A DNA stretch of 64,000 bases, taken from Nitrososphaeria archaeon. Lineage in GTDB: Archaea > Thermoproteota > Nitrososphaeria > Geothermarchaeales > JDFR-13. Location of the stretch: positions 736,001-800,000 of the forward strand of contig JALWXN010000004.1 in the NCBI GenBank assembly GCA_027078545.1. The letters run 5' to 3'. Positions 19,439-29,956 of this stretch are shown here, one piece after another (position 1 is the stretch's first letter; every line of letters starts with the position of its first letter). Under the pieces are notes generated by a model. The model was given only the letters and a program-made list of their open reading frames with translations, made no database searches and was not told where the DNA came from. Made by a program: the position numbers and the translations under genes.

Positions 19439-21394
19439 ATGTCCCATGTTAGGCTGTACAGCCTCATACTCCTAATCCTCCTCGCCTCGCCACTGGTATC
19501 AGTCTCAGAGGCCGCGAGGCCAGCCGTCCCCGAGCCCGAGGGCTCACTGATCCTATGGATGGAGACAAATGTCTCTGAGTACCCCCTCGTGATTAGGGAT
19601 CCTGGTTCAACCATCAGGCTTAGGCCGGATGCACACCACAACATCACTGTATACGCATTGGGCTATATCCAGGAGGTTGTGAATCTCTTCCAGCCGGATC
19701 CTGGGGACACGTTGTCGGTTAGCCTATCACCTGCGGAGCTCCTAGTGATAGACGTGTTTGGGAGCAGTGTACCCGACCTCTCCGGAGCCTATGTAGATAT
19801 AAGGGGTGAGGAGGGGAGGATAACGACCATAACATCGAGGTCGGGGAAGGCATATGTATACAACATATTCGAGCCGGGGCAGAGGCTGAGGATACATATT
19901 AACCCACCACTGGAGGGGGAGCTGTTGAAAGCCCTGCTGGAGGCTGGTGAGTATGAACCTAGCCTCAGGTCTAGGTGGATGGAGTACATCTCCTACGAGA
20001 GCCTCTCACCCATATATCCCGAGCCGATCCATACATCGCCTCTGGAGGCCGATAGGGACATCTATATACTGGGTTCTGACCCGGTGCAGACACGCACGGT
20101 ATACCTCTCCAGGTCCCCACTCCTAGCCGGGTATGTCAAGACTGTATCTGGGGATCCGCTTCCCGGTGCGATTGTCGCTGTTAAGCCGGACAGGTTCGGT
20201 AGGTACATATATACGGTGGCGGATGACGAGGGGCGGTACGAGTTCGTGGATATAACTAAGCGTGGCCTAAACAGGTATGGAGTAATATATAGGGGCCTGA
20301 TGTTCCCAACATCCTCGGTATACACCACACTTGATAGGGACAACTTCAACATAACTGTGCCGGACATCTATGAGGTTAGGGGCGTGGTCACGGATCTCAA
20401 TGGTAGGCCGATACCTAACGTCAGGATAATATCATCCGATGTAGACTTCCTAAGCATCACATATAGCAACGAAGATGGGGAGTACGTGATGTACCTACCC
20501 GTTGGGAAGGGTAGCTATATACTCGGCTTCTCACTGGGCGACGTCGCATTCCCAAACATCGTGCTTAACGAGGCCGATATAGCAGACGGCGTGGAGAACC
20601 TAGTCCTAGAAGCGGAGATGATCAGTCTGAGCGGCGTTATACAGGACCCCGACGGATTCGTGGAGACACCCATAGTCAGGCTCTTCGGGAGGGCAGACGT
20701 AGTCAACAGGTTCTACAGGATAGACATAACCGTTGGTGAGGACGGCTCCTTCACGGCCCTGGTCCCCAAGAGGATCAAGATAGCTGGTGAGTATAGAGAT
20801 GTCTACTGGTCGGTTCAGACGGTTAGCTACTACTACGCCGGCCAGCTATCAACGCCTGAGAACTACTACTCGGTGGACACTGATCTAGGTGTCTTCACCG
20901 TCTCCCCGGCGGCCACGGTGGAGGTCTCACTAAGCATAACGACGACGGGTTCGCCGCCCTCTAGGCCGGTTGAGACATATGTGTTGGGGGCGTGGTACAA
21001 CGATACCTTCTTCAGGATCGGTGTTGAGACAGATGCATTCATATTCGGATTCACCGTTGGGAGCTTCGTGGTTGATGGTGGGGAGGGTGTCTTCACAATA
21101 CGTCTAGCAGCCCCCTATGGCGAGACGGCGATAGTCAGGGTCACGATACCCAAGGAGATCATGTCGACCTCGGTCTCGGTCGATGACGATGGCTCCCCAC
21201 TGAGCTTCAACATCGTCTCGGAAAACGCTACACACTATACTGTGGAGTTCACGATAAGTGGTGAGGCGTTGATAAACATACGCTCCGCAGAGGTTATACC
21301 GGAGTTCGGCCTGTCATACCTACTCCCATTGATAGCCGTTCCAACCGTTTTACTTATCCACCTCCTGAGGAGAAGGTATAAAGTGGAAGCCTGA
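19439..21394 (+). CDS. Cell-surface protein with carboxypeptidase-regulatory-like repeats and PEFG-CTERM sorting signal
   Basis: Signal peptide; repeated 'G.V....G.P.P...I...D.G.Y' beta-sandwich units; C-terminus VIPEFG + TM + RRRYK. Confidence 0.85.
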   Translation: MSHVRLYSLILLILLASPLVSVSEAARPAVPEPEGSLILWMETNVSEYPLVIRDPGSTIRLRPDAHHNITVYALGYIQEVVNLFQPDPGDTLSVSLSPAELLVIDVFGSSVPDLSGAYVDIRGEEGRITTITSRSGKAYVYNIFEPGQRLRIHINPPLEGELLKALLEAGEYEPSLRSRWMEYISYESLSPIYPEPIHTSPLEADRDIYILGSDPVQTRTVYLSRSPLLAGYVKTVSGDPLPGAIVAVKPDRFGRYIYTVADDEGRYEFVDITKRGLNRYGVIYRGLMFPTSSVYTTLDRDNFNITVPDIYEVRGVVTDLNGRPIPNVRIISSDVDFLSITYSNEDGEYVMYLPVGKGSYILGFSLGDVAFPNIVLNEADIADGVENLVLEAEMISLSGVIQDPDGFVETPIVRLFGRADVVNRFYRIDITVGEDGSFTALVPKRIKIAGEYRDVYWSVQTVSYYYAGQLSTPENYYSVDTDLGVFTVSPAATVEVSLSITTTGSPPSRPVETYVLGAWYNDTFFRIGVETDAFIFGFTVGSFVVDGGEGVFTIRLAAPYGETAIVRVTIPKEIMSTSVSVDDDGSPLSFNIVSENATHYTVEFTISGEALINIRSAEVIPEFGLSYLLPLIAVPTVLLIHLLRRRYKVEA

Positions 21395-22548
21395 TGAGCC
21401 TCTCCATAGCAGTCGTAACCGAGACCTTCCACCCATTCAAGGGGGGCTCTGCAAAGAGGTATCTCGAGGTATTTAGACGCCTCGCGAGGAGGGGCTGGGA
21501 CATAGACATATACACCGTGAGGCTAGACCCGTCCTGGCCGGCGGAGGAGGAGTATGAGGGGCTGAGAATAATAAGGAGCAGCCTACCAATACCCGAGTAC
21601 ATAACTCCAGACGGTTTCAGGAGCATGTCCGGGATCTATAAATACCTCTCATGGCTCATGAGGAGCGTGGATCTACGGGGCTACGACGTAATAGAGGCGA
21701 ACCACTGCCCAATATTCCCAGTATTCGCCTCATGGCTCAAGAGGAGGAGCCGTGCACCACTAGTCTCCACGGTCCACGAGGTCTGGCACAGCGACTGGTA
21801 TAGATACGCCCCCACCACGCTTCACGTCCCACTAGGCATCCTGCTCGAGAAGGCTATGATGCACCTGCCTGATAGGATCATATCGGTGAGCAGCTTCACC
21901 ACGGATAGGCTTACAAGGATACTAGGCGTATCTCCAAGCCTGATAACCACGATACCCAACGGTGTAGACCTGGACCTCTACCGTGGGATAGATGTGGAGA
22001 AGGAGTATGGGAGGATAGTCTATGGCGGGAGGCTAAACCCACATAAGAGGCTGGACATACTGCTCAGGAGCTTCGAGGAGCTCCACCGGAGCCTAGACGT
22101 CAAGCTAGACATCTTTGGAGACGGCCCTATGAAACAGTATGTCAAGAGCTTCATATCGAGGAACGGGTTCTCGAGGAGCGTCACCCTACATGGAAGGGTG
22201 GACGACCATAGATTCGCATACCTGATGAAGAGGGGCTATATATATACCCTCCCATCGATAAGGGAGGGGCAGAGCATAACAACGCTAGAAGCTATGGCCG
22301 CAGGCACTCCACAGGTCACGGTCTACAGCGACAACAACGCAGCCTACAAACTAGTCCTAGAGGCAGGGAGTGGACTAGTCACCAGGCCGGAGCCGAGAGA
22401 ATACGCAAGAGCTATTAAAAAACTTCTTGTTGAGAAGGATGTATGGATGGAGTACTCCTTAAATGGATCCAGTTATGTGAAAAGCTTTGATTGGGACGTC
22501 ATATCTCAAAAGCATAAAATTGTATATGAGAAATTGTCAAAAAGATGA
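21394..22548 (+). CDS. Glycosyltransferase family 4
   Basis: GGSAKR, STVHE, IPNGVD, GRLNPHKRLD, PSIREGQSITTLEAMAAGTP. Confidence 0.93.
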   Translation: MSLSIAVVTETFHPFKGGSAKRYLEVFRRLARRGWDIDIYTVRLDPSWPAEEEYEGLRIIRSSLPIPEYITPDGFRSMSGIYKYLSWLMRSVDLRGYDVIEANHCPIFPVFASWLKRRSRAPLVSTVHEVWHSDWYRYAPTTLHVPLGILLEKAMMHLPDRIISVSSFTTDRLTRILGVSPSLITTIPNGVDLDLYRGIDVEKEYGRIVYGGRLNPHKRLDILLRSFEELHRSLDVKLDIFGDGPMKQYVKSFISRNGFSRSVTLHGRVDDHRFAYLMKRGYIYTLPSIREGQSITTLEAMAAGTPQVTVYSDNNAAYKLVLEAGSGLVTRPEPREYARAIKKLLVEKDVWMEYSLNGSSYVKSFDWDVISQKHKIVYEKLSKR

Positions 22549-22652
22549 AGACATTTGTCTAAAAACCTAAATTTTCTTTACCATTAAACTTTTGTTTTTT
22601 CTGAAAATATATATTCCTCAAAATAAGGGTTCAAAACACGGGATTTAGCGAA

Positions 22653-24902
22653 ATGAATTTGAAACTTACTAAAGTTATGTTGCTATTAGTACTGTTGCTT
22701 CTTTTACAGATAGAGACTGACTACACCGCTGCTCAGAGTATCATAGTTCCAATTGATTACCCAGATCTTCAAACTGCCATAAACAATGCGTTACCGGGCA
22801 CATCGATTTATGTCGATACTGATCTGACCATCAGTTCTCCAATCACTATTATCGGTAAGGATAACTTGTACATAGTCCTCAGATACGGTTCCAAAATAAT
22901 TGCAGATTCGGGCTTCGTAGGTCAAGAAATAGTTTTGATCGACAGAAGTAGCAAAATCATTCTTACTGACTTCACTATATCCTATGAAGGGAGTTCCGCC
23001 TTACCGGCACTAGATTTCCTAAGAATAAAATCTTCCAACAACATTGCTGTGAAAAATCTTTCTGTATCCATAGATACAAATACCCATCCTGTTGCCCTGA
23101 GATTTATCAGTATCGATGACGGTTCGATAAATATAACGATAACAAACGTCACTGGTGTTGACATGGCTCTAACATCCTTAAGTGTAGTAGGCGTCTTTGC
23201 CAATATCCAGTTCATGAGTGGTGGCTATATTACAATGGATAGTCTGCTTTTCGAAGATATAGCCCTCGGATCTCCTGGTAGCTTTGAAGGAGTAAAAATA
23301 GAGCTCATGCGGGTCACCGGACTGGACATTAAGGTATCAAACGTGGCTGTTAAAAGGGTGTATTCTACATGGGTTCAAGGAATAAACAGCACGTATCTAA
23401 GGCAAGTGAGAAACATTGAGACACAGTATACCAATGTAACACTAACAAACATTGTCGGCTCAGGAGGGGGTATATCATTCAGAGGATTGACCTTTAGCCG
23501 TTTTACAGTACCTGTCATACTTGACTCCATAGTTACAATTCGAAACTTAATGCTATCTTCATGGATAGAGCCTAACATGCCTATGCCTTACAAGTTTGAT
23601 GGGGTGATCATAGAGGCACCATACTTCTACAACTTGACGGTAAAGATCGATGAAGTAACAATCAAGGATATCAATAGTCCAGATATATTGTCAGGGCTCT
23701 ATACTGGAGAAGCACATGGAATACATATAGACGTTAGCTACTTTATATTGGAAGCATTTGGATTGCCCACTTATGACATTAAAATCGATATTGACAGGGT
23801 ATCGATATCACGTCTATACTCATGGGGAACAATAGGTATATTTAGTGATTTCGAAGGGTTCTACATGTCTAGGATTAGATACACCATCAACAATGTAAAT
23901 ATTACTGACGTAGGGATATATGACTTTGGCATAATCGGATACGGCAAGGTTCTCAGGGCTAACTCTCTTTTCGATTACCGGGTATGGATAGAGGAATTCT
24001 TTTTTAACGACAGGGAGGGCATTGGTGCGGGTATTTGGCTCCGCAGAGCAGATGATATACATCCAATAAATACACCCAGAAATCTAAATGAGTTGAGGCA
24101 GAGTGAGGATCTGTACTTTGCATACAGCATATTATGGCGTGTATATGCGGCCAGCGCATGGACGAATTCCATGACACTTTTCGAGACTGTTGTTGACGAA
24201 CTTAACTCACGTATTGCACTTTTGATGCGCGTTAGAAACGTCTGGACACTGGAAACTTTCGTCTATAGTAGTATAACATCACTACCAATACCAGGCGTCT
24301 ACGTAGAGTATCTCTACCCAACTCCCAGCCAGTACTCCTTCGGATTTACCGATTCATCTGGGCGTTACGCATATATTATGGATTACTACATGACCAACCC
24401 ACCCATCGTCCAGGTGGGCCTGATACAGGTGGCCGTCTCCTCTGGGTACTTCTCATCATCCGTCATGCTACCCAGCTATATAAGTGTGACGGAGGGCCTC
24501 CCACTCTCAGAGTCTTACTATACCCTGCCGGCATGGTTCGGTGAGGTGGTGTTCACCATCCCACTTGTCTCCCTAAGGGCTATGGGCTTCAGCCATGACA
24601 TGGGGACGACATACCTATTCATCGCTGGGACGGTAGGCTGGTTCGCTGGCTACTACAGCTATACTCCTGACGAGCTTTGGAATGGAGACATAGCAACTCC
24701 CGGCACCAACAATACATGGGTGAAGAGCCCCTACAGGAATTATCAGCTCCGAGGTCTGAGGGTCTCATGGACAGGCTCGGTCATCCAGATACGTGGAGAG
24801 ATATTCTACGATGGGTACTGGCAACCAGTAACAATATACGTAGATCCGGAGAGGAGGGTTGTCTGGAGCCCAGGACCTGTGGACTTCAGGGGCTGGTTCT
24901 AG
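22653..24902 (+). CDS. Secreted/surface protein with probable parallel beta-helix
   Basis: Signal peptide, then 'IIVPIDYPDLQTAINNALPGTSIYV' (pectin-lyase/NosD-like cap) and 'NITITNV'-type repeats; many N-x-S/T sequons. Confidence 0.75.
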   Translation: MNLKLTKVMLLLVLLLLLQIETDYTAAQSIIVPIDYPDLQTAINNALPGTSIYVDTDLTISSPITIIGKDNLYIVLRYGSKIIADSGFVGQEIVLIDRSSKIILTDFTISYEGSSALPALDFLRIKSSNNIAVKNLSVSIDTNTHPVALRFISIDDGSINITITNVTGVDMALTSLSVVGVFANIQFMSGGYITMDSLLFEDIALGSPGSFEGVKIELMRVTGLDIKVSNVAVKRVYSTWVQGINSTYLRQVRNIETQYTNVTLTNIVGSGGGISFRGLTFSRFTVPVILDSIVTIRNLMLSSWIEPNMPMPYKFDGVIIEAPYFYNLTVKIDEVTIKDINSPDILSGLYTGEAHGIHIDVSYFILEAFGLPTYDIKIDIDRVSISRLYSWGTIGIFSDFEGFYMSRIRYTINNVNITDVGIYDFGIIGYGKVLRANSLFDYRVWIEEFFFNDREGIGAGIWLRRADDIHPINTPRNLNELRQSEDLYFAYSILWRVYAASAWTNSMTLFETVVDELNSRIALLMRVRNVWTLETFVYSSITSLPIPGVYVEYLYPTPSQYSFGFTDSSGRYAYIMDYYMTNPPIVQVGLIQVAVSSGYFSSSVMLPSYISVTEGLPLSESYYTLPAWFGEVVFTIPLVSLRAMGFSHDMGTTYLFIAGTVGWFAGYYSYTPDELWNGDIATPGTNNTWVKSPYRNYQLRGLRVSWTGSVIQIRGEIFYDGYWQPVTIYVDPERRVVWSPGPVDFRGWF

Positions 24903-25004
24903 CCCCATACCCCCACCCTTTATACCGGCCCGGGGCATAGGTATCCCCCCGAGAAGGATGAATAGACCACTGGGTTTGAGATAATCTGCCTGTCCCCTAG
25001 AATC

Positions 25005-25028
25005 TACATACACTTATAAGTGCATGTA
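25005..25028. promoter_or_regulatory. Palindromic operator overlapping TATA box of vapBC
   Basis: TACAT-A-CACTTATAAGTG-C-ATGTA near-perfect dyad about 25-45 bp upstream of the antitoxin start. Confidence 0.55.
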
Positions 25029-25052
25029 TACATTTACATGTTGGTGTAGTGG

Positions 25053-25280
25053 ATGGGGGTGAAGACGATAACCATATCGCTCGAGGCGTATAAAGCCTTG
25101 CTACGCCTCAAGAAGCCCGGGGAGAGCTTCTCAGACGTGATACTGAAACTTGTTAGGAAGCATCGCAGCATAAAGGAGCTGGCAGGAGCGTGGAGCGATG
25201 TGGATGACGTGGAGATCAATGAGATCATGCTGGGGATTAGGGAGGCCTGGTCTAGGTGGGGTATGAGGGAGGCAAGGTAG
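25053..25280 (+). CDS. vapB: Antitoxin VapB (DUF217-type)
   Basis: KTITISLEAYKALLRLKKPGESFSDVILKL; upstream of a PIN gene. Confidence 0.88.
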   Translation: MGVKTITISLEAYKALLRLKKPGESFSDVILKLVRKHRSIKELAGAWSDVDDVEINEIMLGIREAWSRWGMREAR

Positions 25281-25666
25281 TTGTAGACACGGATGTACTG
25301 ATCGATTATCTAAGGGGGAGGAGGCCGGCCGTCGACGAGTTAGTGAGGATGATGGATCAGGGAGTTGTACTGGCTACGACGGTCGTCAACATATTTGAAC
25401 TCTCCTGGGGAGCCTATAGACTCGGCAGGACGAGGGAGGTTGAGGATCTGGTTGAGGCCTTGACAATCCTAGACCTAACAGTAAGGGAGGCTGTAAAGGC
25501 GGGTGAGGAGATAGCCCATCTCACATCGATAGGCCAGATAATAGAGATACGAGACCTACTGATAGGCGTCATGGCGAGGGAGAACGGCTATGCAGTCTAC
25601 ACGGGCAATACAAAGCATTTCGGGATGATAAGGGGCTTAAGAGTGATCCCATATAGACGTGGATAA
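25256..25666 (+). CDS. vapC: VapC PIN-domain toxin
   Basis: VVDTDVLIDYLRG, FEL, RDLLI, YTGNTKHF. Confidence 0.9.
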   Translation: MGYEGGKVVVDTDVLIDYLRGRRPAVDELVRMMDQGVVLATTVVNIFELSWGAYRLGRTREVEDLVEALTILDLTVREAVKAGEEIAHLTSIGQIIEIRDLLIGVMARENGYAVYTGNTKHFGMIRGLRVIPYRRG

Positions 25667-25684
25667 CCCCTGTCAGGCAGCCCC

Positions 25685-26680
25685 CTACCTAAGGACCCTC
25701 CTGAACACCCTTTCAGCATTCCTATATGCCAGCCTCTCCAGCCGCTCACGTGTCCATCCAAGCCCCTCCAACGCCCTGTAGAGGTTGGTGATCATCTCGA
25801 TCCTCTTGAGATCGTCCGGGGGATTACATCCGAATAGGTCCGTCCCAACAGCGACGACCTCGTCTCCGAAACGCTCCGCAACTGTGTCTATATGCCTAGC
25901 CAGGCTCTCGGCACTAGGCTTCTCCCCAATTGTCTGCCGGATATATGTGAAGCCTATCACCCCGCCGTTGCTAGCCAGTCTATCCAGGACCTCGTCATCA
26001 ACATTCCTCTGATGCTTAACAAGGCCTGCATAGTTGCTATGGCTTATCAACACCGGGTCGGAATGTGTCTCCAAGACCTCCAACATCGTATTCCTACTGC
26101 TATGGGCGAGGTCGATGACTATTCCCTCCGCCTCCGCCAGGCTGAGGAGTGCCTCCCCACTGCCAGTCAAGCCATAATCCCTCCTAGACATACAAGATGC
26201 AGCATACCTGGTATCGTAGTTCCACGTCAGCCCTATCAGCCTGACACCTAGATCCTTGTAGAGATAGATGTCCCCCGGGTCGTCTAGGTACTCCGTACCC
26301 TCAAGGCCTAGGATGATCCCGATACCCTCGCCGTCAAGGTCTGAGCGGTTCGTTACGAGGCGGAACTCCCCATACCTCCTAACGAGCCATTTATAGATCG
26401 TGATCACGTCGAGGGCCGCGGCCTTGGGGGAGGATGGTCTTATATAGATGTCGCCAGCCCCCTCCCCATAGCCCTTCATAACCTCGCCACCCATCGAGGC
26501 ATATCCCCTCTGGAGGGCGAATACGGCGCCTACCAAGAGCTTCACATTGGCCTCTAGGTAGCCAGGGATGTCTCCATGCCGATCCTTCCTCTTAACCTCC
26601 ATGTCGTGCTTACCGCCTAGGTAGATGTAGTAGCCGATATCCTCGTGGAGATCTATGAGTGGCGGGTTTAGACCTTCCAT
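25685..26680 (-). CDS. Membrane dipeptidase family (peptidase M19)
   Basis: DLHED, LGLEG, GLTWN, IDLAH, ISHSN, RNVDD, GTD. Confidence 0.9.
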   Translation of the reverse strand: MEGLNPPLIDLHEDIGYYIYLGGKHDMEVKRKDRHGDIPGYLEANVKLLVGAVFALQRGYASMGGEVMKGYGEGAGDIYIRPSSPKAAALDVITIYKWLVRRYGEFRLVTNRSDLDGEGIGIILGLEGTEYLDDPGDIYLYKDLGVRLIGLTWNYDTRYAASCMSRRDYGLTGSGEALLSLAEAEGIVIDLAHSSRNTMLEVLETHSDPVLISHSNYAGLVKHQRNVDDEVLDRLASNGGVIGFTYIRQTIGEKPSAESLARHIDTVAERFGDEVVAVGTDLFGCNPPDDLKRIEMITNLYRALEGLGWTRERLERLAYRNAERVFRRVLR

Positions 26681-26744
26681 GGTTAATAGGTATTATGGCA
26701 AGGGGCATCGATATAAGTAGTATGTTTGGAACTATTACTATGTT

Positions 26745-27014
26745 GTGCGTACCGCGACACTACTAATCCTACTTCTCCTCCTCGGTATGGTCACAATTGA
26801 TGCATTAGCCACGCCTCTACACCCCGACATCGACGACTCCACTAGACAGGCGCTGGATCTCTACGAGGATGACGATGAGGAGGATGATGATGAGGGCGGT
26901 GTCCTCGGCGGCTCCCTAGATATGATCACCCTAGCCCTATATGCAGCACTCGTGGTGGCAATCGTAGCATCGATAGCCCCATATGTGGTGAAGAGGCTCA
27001 GGGCTAGGAGGTAG
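26745..27014 (+). CDS. Small membrane protein with acidic loop
   Basis: Signal-like helix, EDDDEEDDDE tract, TM helix, basic tail KRLRARR. Confidence 0.65.
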   Translation: MRTATLLILLLLLGMVTIDALATPLHPDIDDSTRQALDLYEDDDEEDDDEGGVLGGSLDMITLALYAALVVAIVASIAPYVVKRLRARR

Positions 27015-27062
27015 GATCCATAGACTGTGAGATATTAACGCCCCGCCACACTAACTATTTAT

Positions 27063-28304
27063 ATGACTAGCCTCGAGACACTCCTGGAGAAGGCCAGGCA
27101 GTATGAGGAGGACCTGATCAACTTCCTAAGCGGCTTCGTACAGATCCCCTCCGTCAACCCCCCGGGCGACATGTCAGAGGCAGCTGGATATGTGGAGGAG
27201 TTCCTGGAGAAGTGGGGCCTACCAACCCGTAGGATAGAGCCGGAGAAGGGGGTTATAACGGTCTACAGCAGCGTGGGAGATGGTGATGACTATCTCATGC
27301 TCAACGGACATATGGACGTGGTTCCCGAGGGCGACCATGACAAGTGGAGTATCCCCCCATTCTCGGGAAGGGTGGTGGATGGCTACCTATATGGAAGGGG
27401 GGCGAGCGATATGAAGGGCGGCCTCTCAGCACTCATCTATGCCTACGCAGTCTTCACCCAGTACGTCGATAGCCTAGACAAGAAGCTATCACTAGCCGCC
27501 GTCGGTGATGAGGAGGTTGGGGGGAGGCTCGGTAGCCTATACATGGCGAGGGAGCTAGGTATAAGGCCTCGATACGTACTCCTGGGGGAGCCGTCAACCC
27601 TAGGCTACTACAACATTGGTGAGAAGGGGATCGTATGGTATAGGGTTCACATCAGTGGCGAGCCCGCCCATGCCAGCGTCTCACCCTATGTGGGTAGGAA
27701 CGCGATAAAGGTGGCTACAGAGGTGATCAACAGGATCTATGGCCTGGCAGAGCTAGACTTCGACGTCCCAGAGGAGTTGGTGGAGGTGGCTAGGAAGAGT
27801 GGGGAGAAGGCCAGGAGGATGGTCGGTGCTGAGGGGCTCGAGAAGATATTCTTCCGCCTCTCATGCAACGCCGGCATGATTAATGGTGGGGTAAAGACCA
27901 ACGTGGTGGCTCCGAACTGTACGGTCGAGTTCGATATGAGGATTCCGCATGGATTGACCGTTGATAGGGTCATCGAGATGGTTAGGGAGAGGCTCTCAGA
28001 CATCGATGGCGTCGAGATAGAGAAGGTGGCTGGTGAGGATCCCAACTACACCAGGCCGGACACCTATCTAGGGAAGGTTGTGGAGGAGTCCGCCGTCGCC
28101 GAGGCTGGTATCAGGCCGGAGCCCTCACTAGTCATGGGCGCTACAGATGGTAGGCACTTCAGGGCCTATGGATCGGAGGCCGTCGTCTATGGCCCTGGGG
28201 AGTGGGAGAGGATACATGGATACGACGAGAGGATAAAGGTGGATGACGTTAAGCTGGCATATAGGGTTTATCTCAGGACGCTCTACAAGATGTTTATCGG
28301 CTAG
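27063..28304 (+). CDS. M20 family deacylase/peptidase (ArgE/DapE-like)
   Basis: NGHMDVVP, GRGASDMKGG, DEEVGG, GEP, GATD, IHGYDE. Confidence 0.92.
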   Translation: MTSLETLLEKARQYEEDLINFLSGFVQIPSVNPPGDMSEAAGYVEEFLEKWGLPTRRIEPEKGVITVYSSVGDGDDYLMLNGHMDVVPEGDHDKWSIPPFSGRVVDGYLYGRGASDMKGGLSALIYAYAVFTQYVDSLDKKLSLAAVGDEEVGGRLGSLYMARELGIRPRYVLLGEPSTLGYYNIGEKGIVWYRVHISGEPAHASVSPYVGRNAIKVATEVINRIYGLAELDFDVPEELVEVARKSGEKARRMVGAEGLEKIFFRLSCNAGMINGGVKTNVVAPNCTVEFDMRIPHGLTVDRVIEMVRERLSDIDGVEIEKVAGEDPNYTRPDTYLGKVVEESAVAEAGIRPEPSLVMGATDGRHFRAYGSEAVVYGPGEWERIHGYDERIKVDDVKLAYRVYLRTLYKMFIG

Positions 28305-28704
28305 CCCATATCCCCCTCCACACTTTATATAATGGGCCGAGTAGGACTAGGGAGAGGAACACCCCCAGTAGTTTGAGCGGTATCCTCCCACGCCCAAGGT
28401 AGGGTACTGGATGGAGTCCCCGGCTCCTCAGAGCCATGTATATCCGTGATATCCTATACCCCGCTATCAGGGAGGATAGGAGTATCCTCCTAGGACCCAC
28501 CGCCATCACCAGCGGCGGAACCCATCGATAACCCCTTATGTAGCCGATGCCCGGGACGTAGAGGTAGACGTCGTGGACCAGCCCCTGGCTAGAGGAGTAT
28601 CTCTCTACCGCCTCGGATCTGAGGTCTAGGGTGGCCTCCAAGGTCCTGGCGAACCCCCTACATACGAAGCAGCCCCCGTCGTACAGCAGCTTCTCCCCAG
28701 TCAT
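28294..28704 (-). CDS. DCC1-like thiol-disulfide oxidoreductase family protein
   Basis: N-terminal LLYDGGCFVC (DxxCxxC); C-terminal TM. Confidence 0.65.
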   Translation of the reverse strand: MTGEKLLYDGGCFVCRGFARTLEATLDLRSEAVERYSSSQGLVHDVYLYVPGIGYIRGYRWVPPLVMAVGPRRILLSSLIAGYRISRIYMALRSRGLHPVPYLGRGRIPLKLLGVFLSLVLLGPLYKVWRGIWASR

Positions 28705-28745
28705 CCCTAGTAAGCTATTATGCCTATCCAGGCTTAACAGATGGG

Positions 28746-29888
28746 CTATATCTTGGAGAGCGCCCTATCAAGCTCGGCTATAAGGTCATCCACATCCTCT
28801 ATACCCACTGAGAACCTTATGAGGCCCCGTGTAATCCCGATCCTCCTCTTCTCCTCATCCGACAGCGCCGCATGGGTCATGGTGTAGGGCTGCTGTATCA
28901 ATGACTCAACCCCGCCAAGGCTCACCGCCTTAGTGATTATCTCGAAGCTGTCTAGGAACCTGTCGATCCTATCCTGGTCCTCCGTGGCTAGGCGGAAGCT
29001 TATCATCCCACCACCCATACTCATCTGCCTCTTAGCCAGGCTGTGCTGTGGGAAGCTCTCGAGGAATGGGTATAGTACCTCCTCCACCTTTGGGTGCTGC
29101 TCGAGCCACCTCGCTATCTCATAGGCATTCCTCGAGTGCCTCTCAACCCTTAGGCCCAGGGTCTTGATGCTCCTTATGAGTAGGTAGGAGTCGAAGGGGT
29201 CTAGTGAGCCTCCAAGCCTACTCCTAACCATCTTGGCCTCCCTGTAGTGCTCCTCCTCCCTGAAAACCGCTACGCCCGCTATGATGTCGCTGTGGCCTGA
29301 GAGGTATTTAGTCGCGCTGTGGATACTTATGTCTGCACCCAGCTCCAGAGGCCTCTGTAGATATGGGGAGGCGAAGGTGTTGTCAACCACTAGGATAGCC
29401 CCGTTCTCATGGGCTATACGCCCCATCTCCCTGATATCCGTTATCCACATCAGGGGATTGGTGGGTGTCTCGATATATAGGAGCCTAGCCCCATCCATCG
29501 CCTCCTCCACTTTGGAGGGGTCACGGGTATCCACATATACAGCCTCTATACCGAGGCGGGGCAGTATGTTGTTGAGGAGCTGCTTAGTCCCACCGTATAG
29601 ATCCTCCGTGAAGACTGCCTTGTCACCCTTGGATAGGAATGTTAGGAGCACAGTCGATATCGCTGCCATACCACTGGAGAAGGCTAGTCCATACCTCCCA
29701 CCTTCGAGCTCGGCAACCTTATATTCAAGTATCCTCCTCGTAGGGTTGTCCGTCCTTGTGTAGATATACTCCTGGTCCTCCGACTCTATCCTGAATGTGC
29801 TTGACAGGTGTATAGGCGGGACGACGTCGATACCTATGTCCTCCTCACCAGCATGTATAGCACGTGTGTTGAAGCCCTTAGTAGCCAT
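28746..29888 (-). CDS. Cystathionine gamma-synthase/lyase (trans-sulfuration family)
   Basis: YTRTDNPT, FSSGMAA, ETPTNP, DNTFASP, HSATKYLSGHSD, VSLGGVESL. Confidence 0.93.
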   Translation of the reverse strand: MATKGFNTRAIHAGEEDIGIDVVPPIHLSSTFRIESEDQEYIYTRTDNPTRRILEYKVAELEGGRYGLAFSSGMAAISTVLLTFLSKGDKAVFTEDLYGGTKQLLNNILPRLGIEAVYVDTRDPSKVEEAMDGARLLYIETPTNPLMWITDIREMGRIAHENGAILVVDNTFASPYLQRPLELGADISIHSATKYLSGHSDIIAGVAVFREEEHYREAKMVRSRLGGSLDPFDSYLLIRSIKTLGLRVERHSRNAYEIARWLEQHPKVEEVLYPFLESFPQHSLAKRQMSMGGGMISFRLATEDQDRIDRFLDSFEIITKAVSLGGVESLIQQPYTMTHAALSDEEKRRIGITRGLIRFSVGIEDVDDLIAELDRALSKI

Positions 29889-29956
29889 ACATCAGTATTA
29901 ACCCATCTATCCATGATAAACCCGTTTTAATTCACTCTACATGGCAAGATAGTTGT

